Shown here piece by piece: positions 62,343-64,000 of a DNA stretch of 64,000 bases. The DNA comes from Plasmodiophora brassicae (Eukaryota). Numbering within the stretch: position 1 is the first letter of the stretch; the number at the start of each line of letters is the position of its first letter. Where the stretch lies: NCBI GenBank assembly GCA_036867785.1, contig CP145415.1, forward strand, positions 744,001 through 808,000. The letters run 5' to 3'. Made by a program: the position numbers and the translations under genes. A model generated the notes under the pieces. The model did no database searches and was not told the origin of the DNA. It worked only from the letters and a program-made list of their open reading frames with translations.

Positions 62343-62933
62343 CTATATTCCTTTACGATGATAGAACAGGTGACGGCGCAGTCCAGCGGGTTTCGTGAAC
62401 CGTCTGTTGCATATTGTGCAGAGGAACTCTGTTGCTGCGACGTCGCTGTCCTGGGTATGCTGCCCCAAGCGCCTATTGGTAAACACGCATTCACAGATGA
62501 ACGACTAAAAGATACAATGTACGTCCCAGCATCCATACCTAGATGACGTGAAGGATGTCCCGCCTATCTTGCAACGACTGGACGAATGGTCGTTAAGATC
62601 TGCCGCGTTCACAAACGAATCACCACAAATTTCGCACGGGAACCGGCGTTGGCTCCTGCATAATGGGGACATTGTCAGCTTTCAACGCCATTCATGGCCG
62701 CCTGTACGACGTCGTTACACGTGTCGCGCGTTGCGGTGTACGTCTAGCTCCGCCGCCGAAGCGCAGCACACGCCGCACACCCGACACGCGTACTGCCGCG
62801 CGAATTCGGGGGCCGTGATTTCGGGCGGCAACTCGAACGGCTGCCATCGTCCGGGCACCTCTCCACCGGCGACCCCGTGCCATGGCCCGATCTGCTGCTG
62901 CTCCCGCGTACCGTCATTATTCACGCCCAGCAT
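62343..62933 (-). CDS. Small C2H2 zinc-finger protein (at least 3 exons)
   Basis: YACRVCGVCCASAAELDVHRNARH, FPCEICGDSFVNAADLNDH, FLCTICNRRFTKPAGLRRHLFYH in successive exons. Start uncertain. Confidence 0.78.
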
Positions 62934-63134
62934 GATGCAAAAAAGGCCCCGGAAACTCAGCCAGAAATCTGCCTGGACGATGTGCCGACTGCACCGGCTG
63001 CAGCCCGTCCAATCGATTCGGGTGATTCGGGGGGCGATGTCCAGGCGATAGTGCAACGCGGAGACCTGACAGGTGTGGGGAGCGCGATCGTATTAGACCG
63101 TGTGCACAAGCGGGGATCGCAGCGGCGTACGCCT

Positions 63135-64000
63135 ATGTCAAAGCCACTATCGTTGACCCTGCTGGAGAAAGCCGAACTGAAGCGGGTGGGTCGGCGGCTC
63201 CATCAACGCATCGTGGGCCTAACCTTGATGTGTGGAAGAGAATATATAGCCGATTCCGAGAAGCGCTTTCGCAAGCGAACGAGGAAGCGCCGAAGACCAT
63301 GCATATCCCAAACAACGTGTACCTGCGAACCGCACCTCCGTCACCATCACCAGAATTGGACCGAGATGAGAGCCGCTCCAGGTATCGGGATATGCCTGGA
63401 TTAACGGGTGCGGATGGTTGAGACTCTCTTCTAGCCTTGGGACATTCAACGAGACGCCGCCTAGCGTGTCGGCCCAGCTTCCGCCACCAGATCGCACGAG
63501 TCCCGCCGGGGAACTGTACACGGACGAGCCGTACCACGATGGGTCTTCATCTGCGGTGGAAGGTGAGCAACGACCGCAAGCGTCAAGGCTCGTATACGAC
63601 TCTGCCCGGCTTGACAAGACTCCCTTGTTGGTTGCTGTGGCGATCTTTACTTCCGCACTATCAAACGGCGTTGTTTGGCCAGGCCAGGAATGTCCCAAAT
63701 GGATTTGATCTTCGAATCGCGTTTCGAGTGTGGCAACCTTCGACGAGCATGGCGTAGGGTGAAAGAGCCCGAGGACTGTGGCGGGGTATATGATCTTTAC
63801 CTAAGACCGGACGACTGCTCTGCATCCCATACGCAGTGGTTCTACTTTCGCATTGGGAATCTCAGGTACGTACAGGGCCCGAACATCGCTGTTCATGGTG
63901 TAGATTGGTTCCTGACGTTTAGGTCTACTAGGCCATATGTCCCTTATCATGTCAACATTGTCAACTTCCAAAAGCCAACCTCACTCTTTCAACAAGTCAC
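63135..64000 (+). CDS. Cytosolic carboxypeptidase (CCP/AGBL/Nna1, M14D tubulin deglutamylase family), 5' part
   Basis: LIFESRFECGNLRRA..YDLYLRPD..HTQWFYFRI (63705-63865) and NIVNFQKPTSLF (63950-63990), not captured by the ORF track. Confidence 0.88.

Noticed and set aside
63219-63698. 159-aa minus-strand ORF
   Set aside because: The plus strand encodes the carboxypeptidase exons over this interval.

Overview
Gene-dense eukaryotic DNA, fairly GC-rich, with many short (~50-66 nt) GT-AG introns. The style and gene content (7TM-RGS genes, TmcB-like PAS protein, Crinkler-like gene) suggest a protist such as a plasmodiophorid, but this is inference. Left to right: the 3' ~14 kb of a giant IPT/TIG + Cys-repeat multipass membrane gene; DYRK1-like kinase; small SET protein; decayed Ty1/copia remnant; an ~890-bp fold-back palindrome; two 7TM-RGS genes; CRN-like gene; USB1; GNAT; RPL18; SGNH-type membrane esterase; MARCH6/Doa10 ligase; a complete TA-flanked pogo-type transposon with an intact 6-intron transposase carrying extra domains; TMEM147; copine-like gene; TmcB-like PAS protein fused to a TauE-like domain; PA-domain GPCR-like gene; Mpv17/PMP22; TPR protein; coactosin; TLC protein; a tandem pair of RGS-globin-tail-anchor genes; membrane-anchored ACBP; Tad3; C2H2 protein; and the 5' part of a cytosolic carboxypeptidase. 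The best candidate for a novel system is the duplicated RGS-globin fusion, a putative heme gas sensor wired directly to heterotrimeric G-protein GAP activity. All gene models were spliced by eye and no database search was run.
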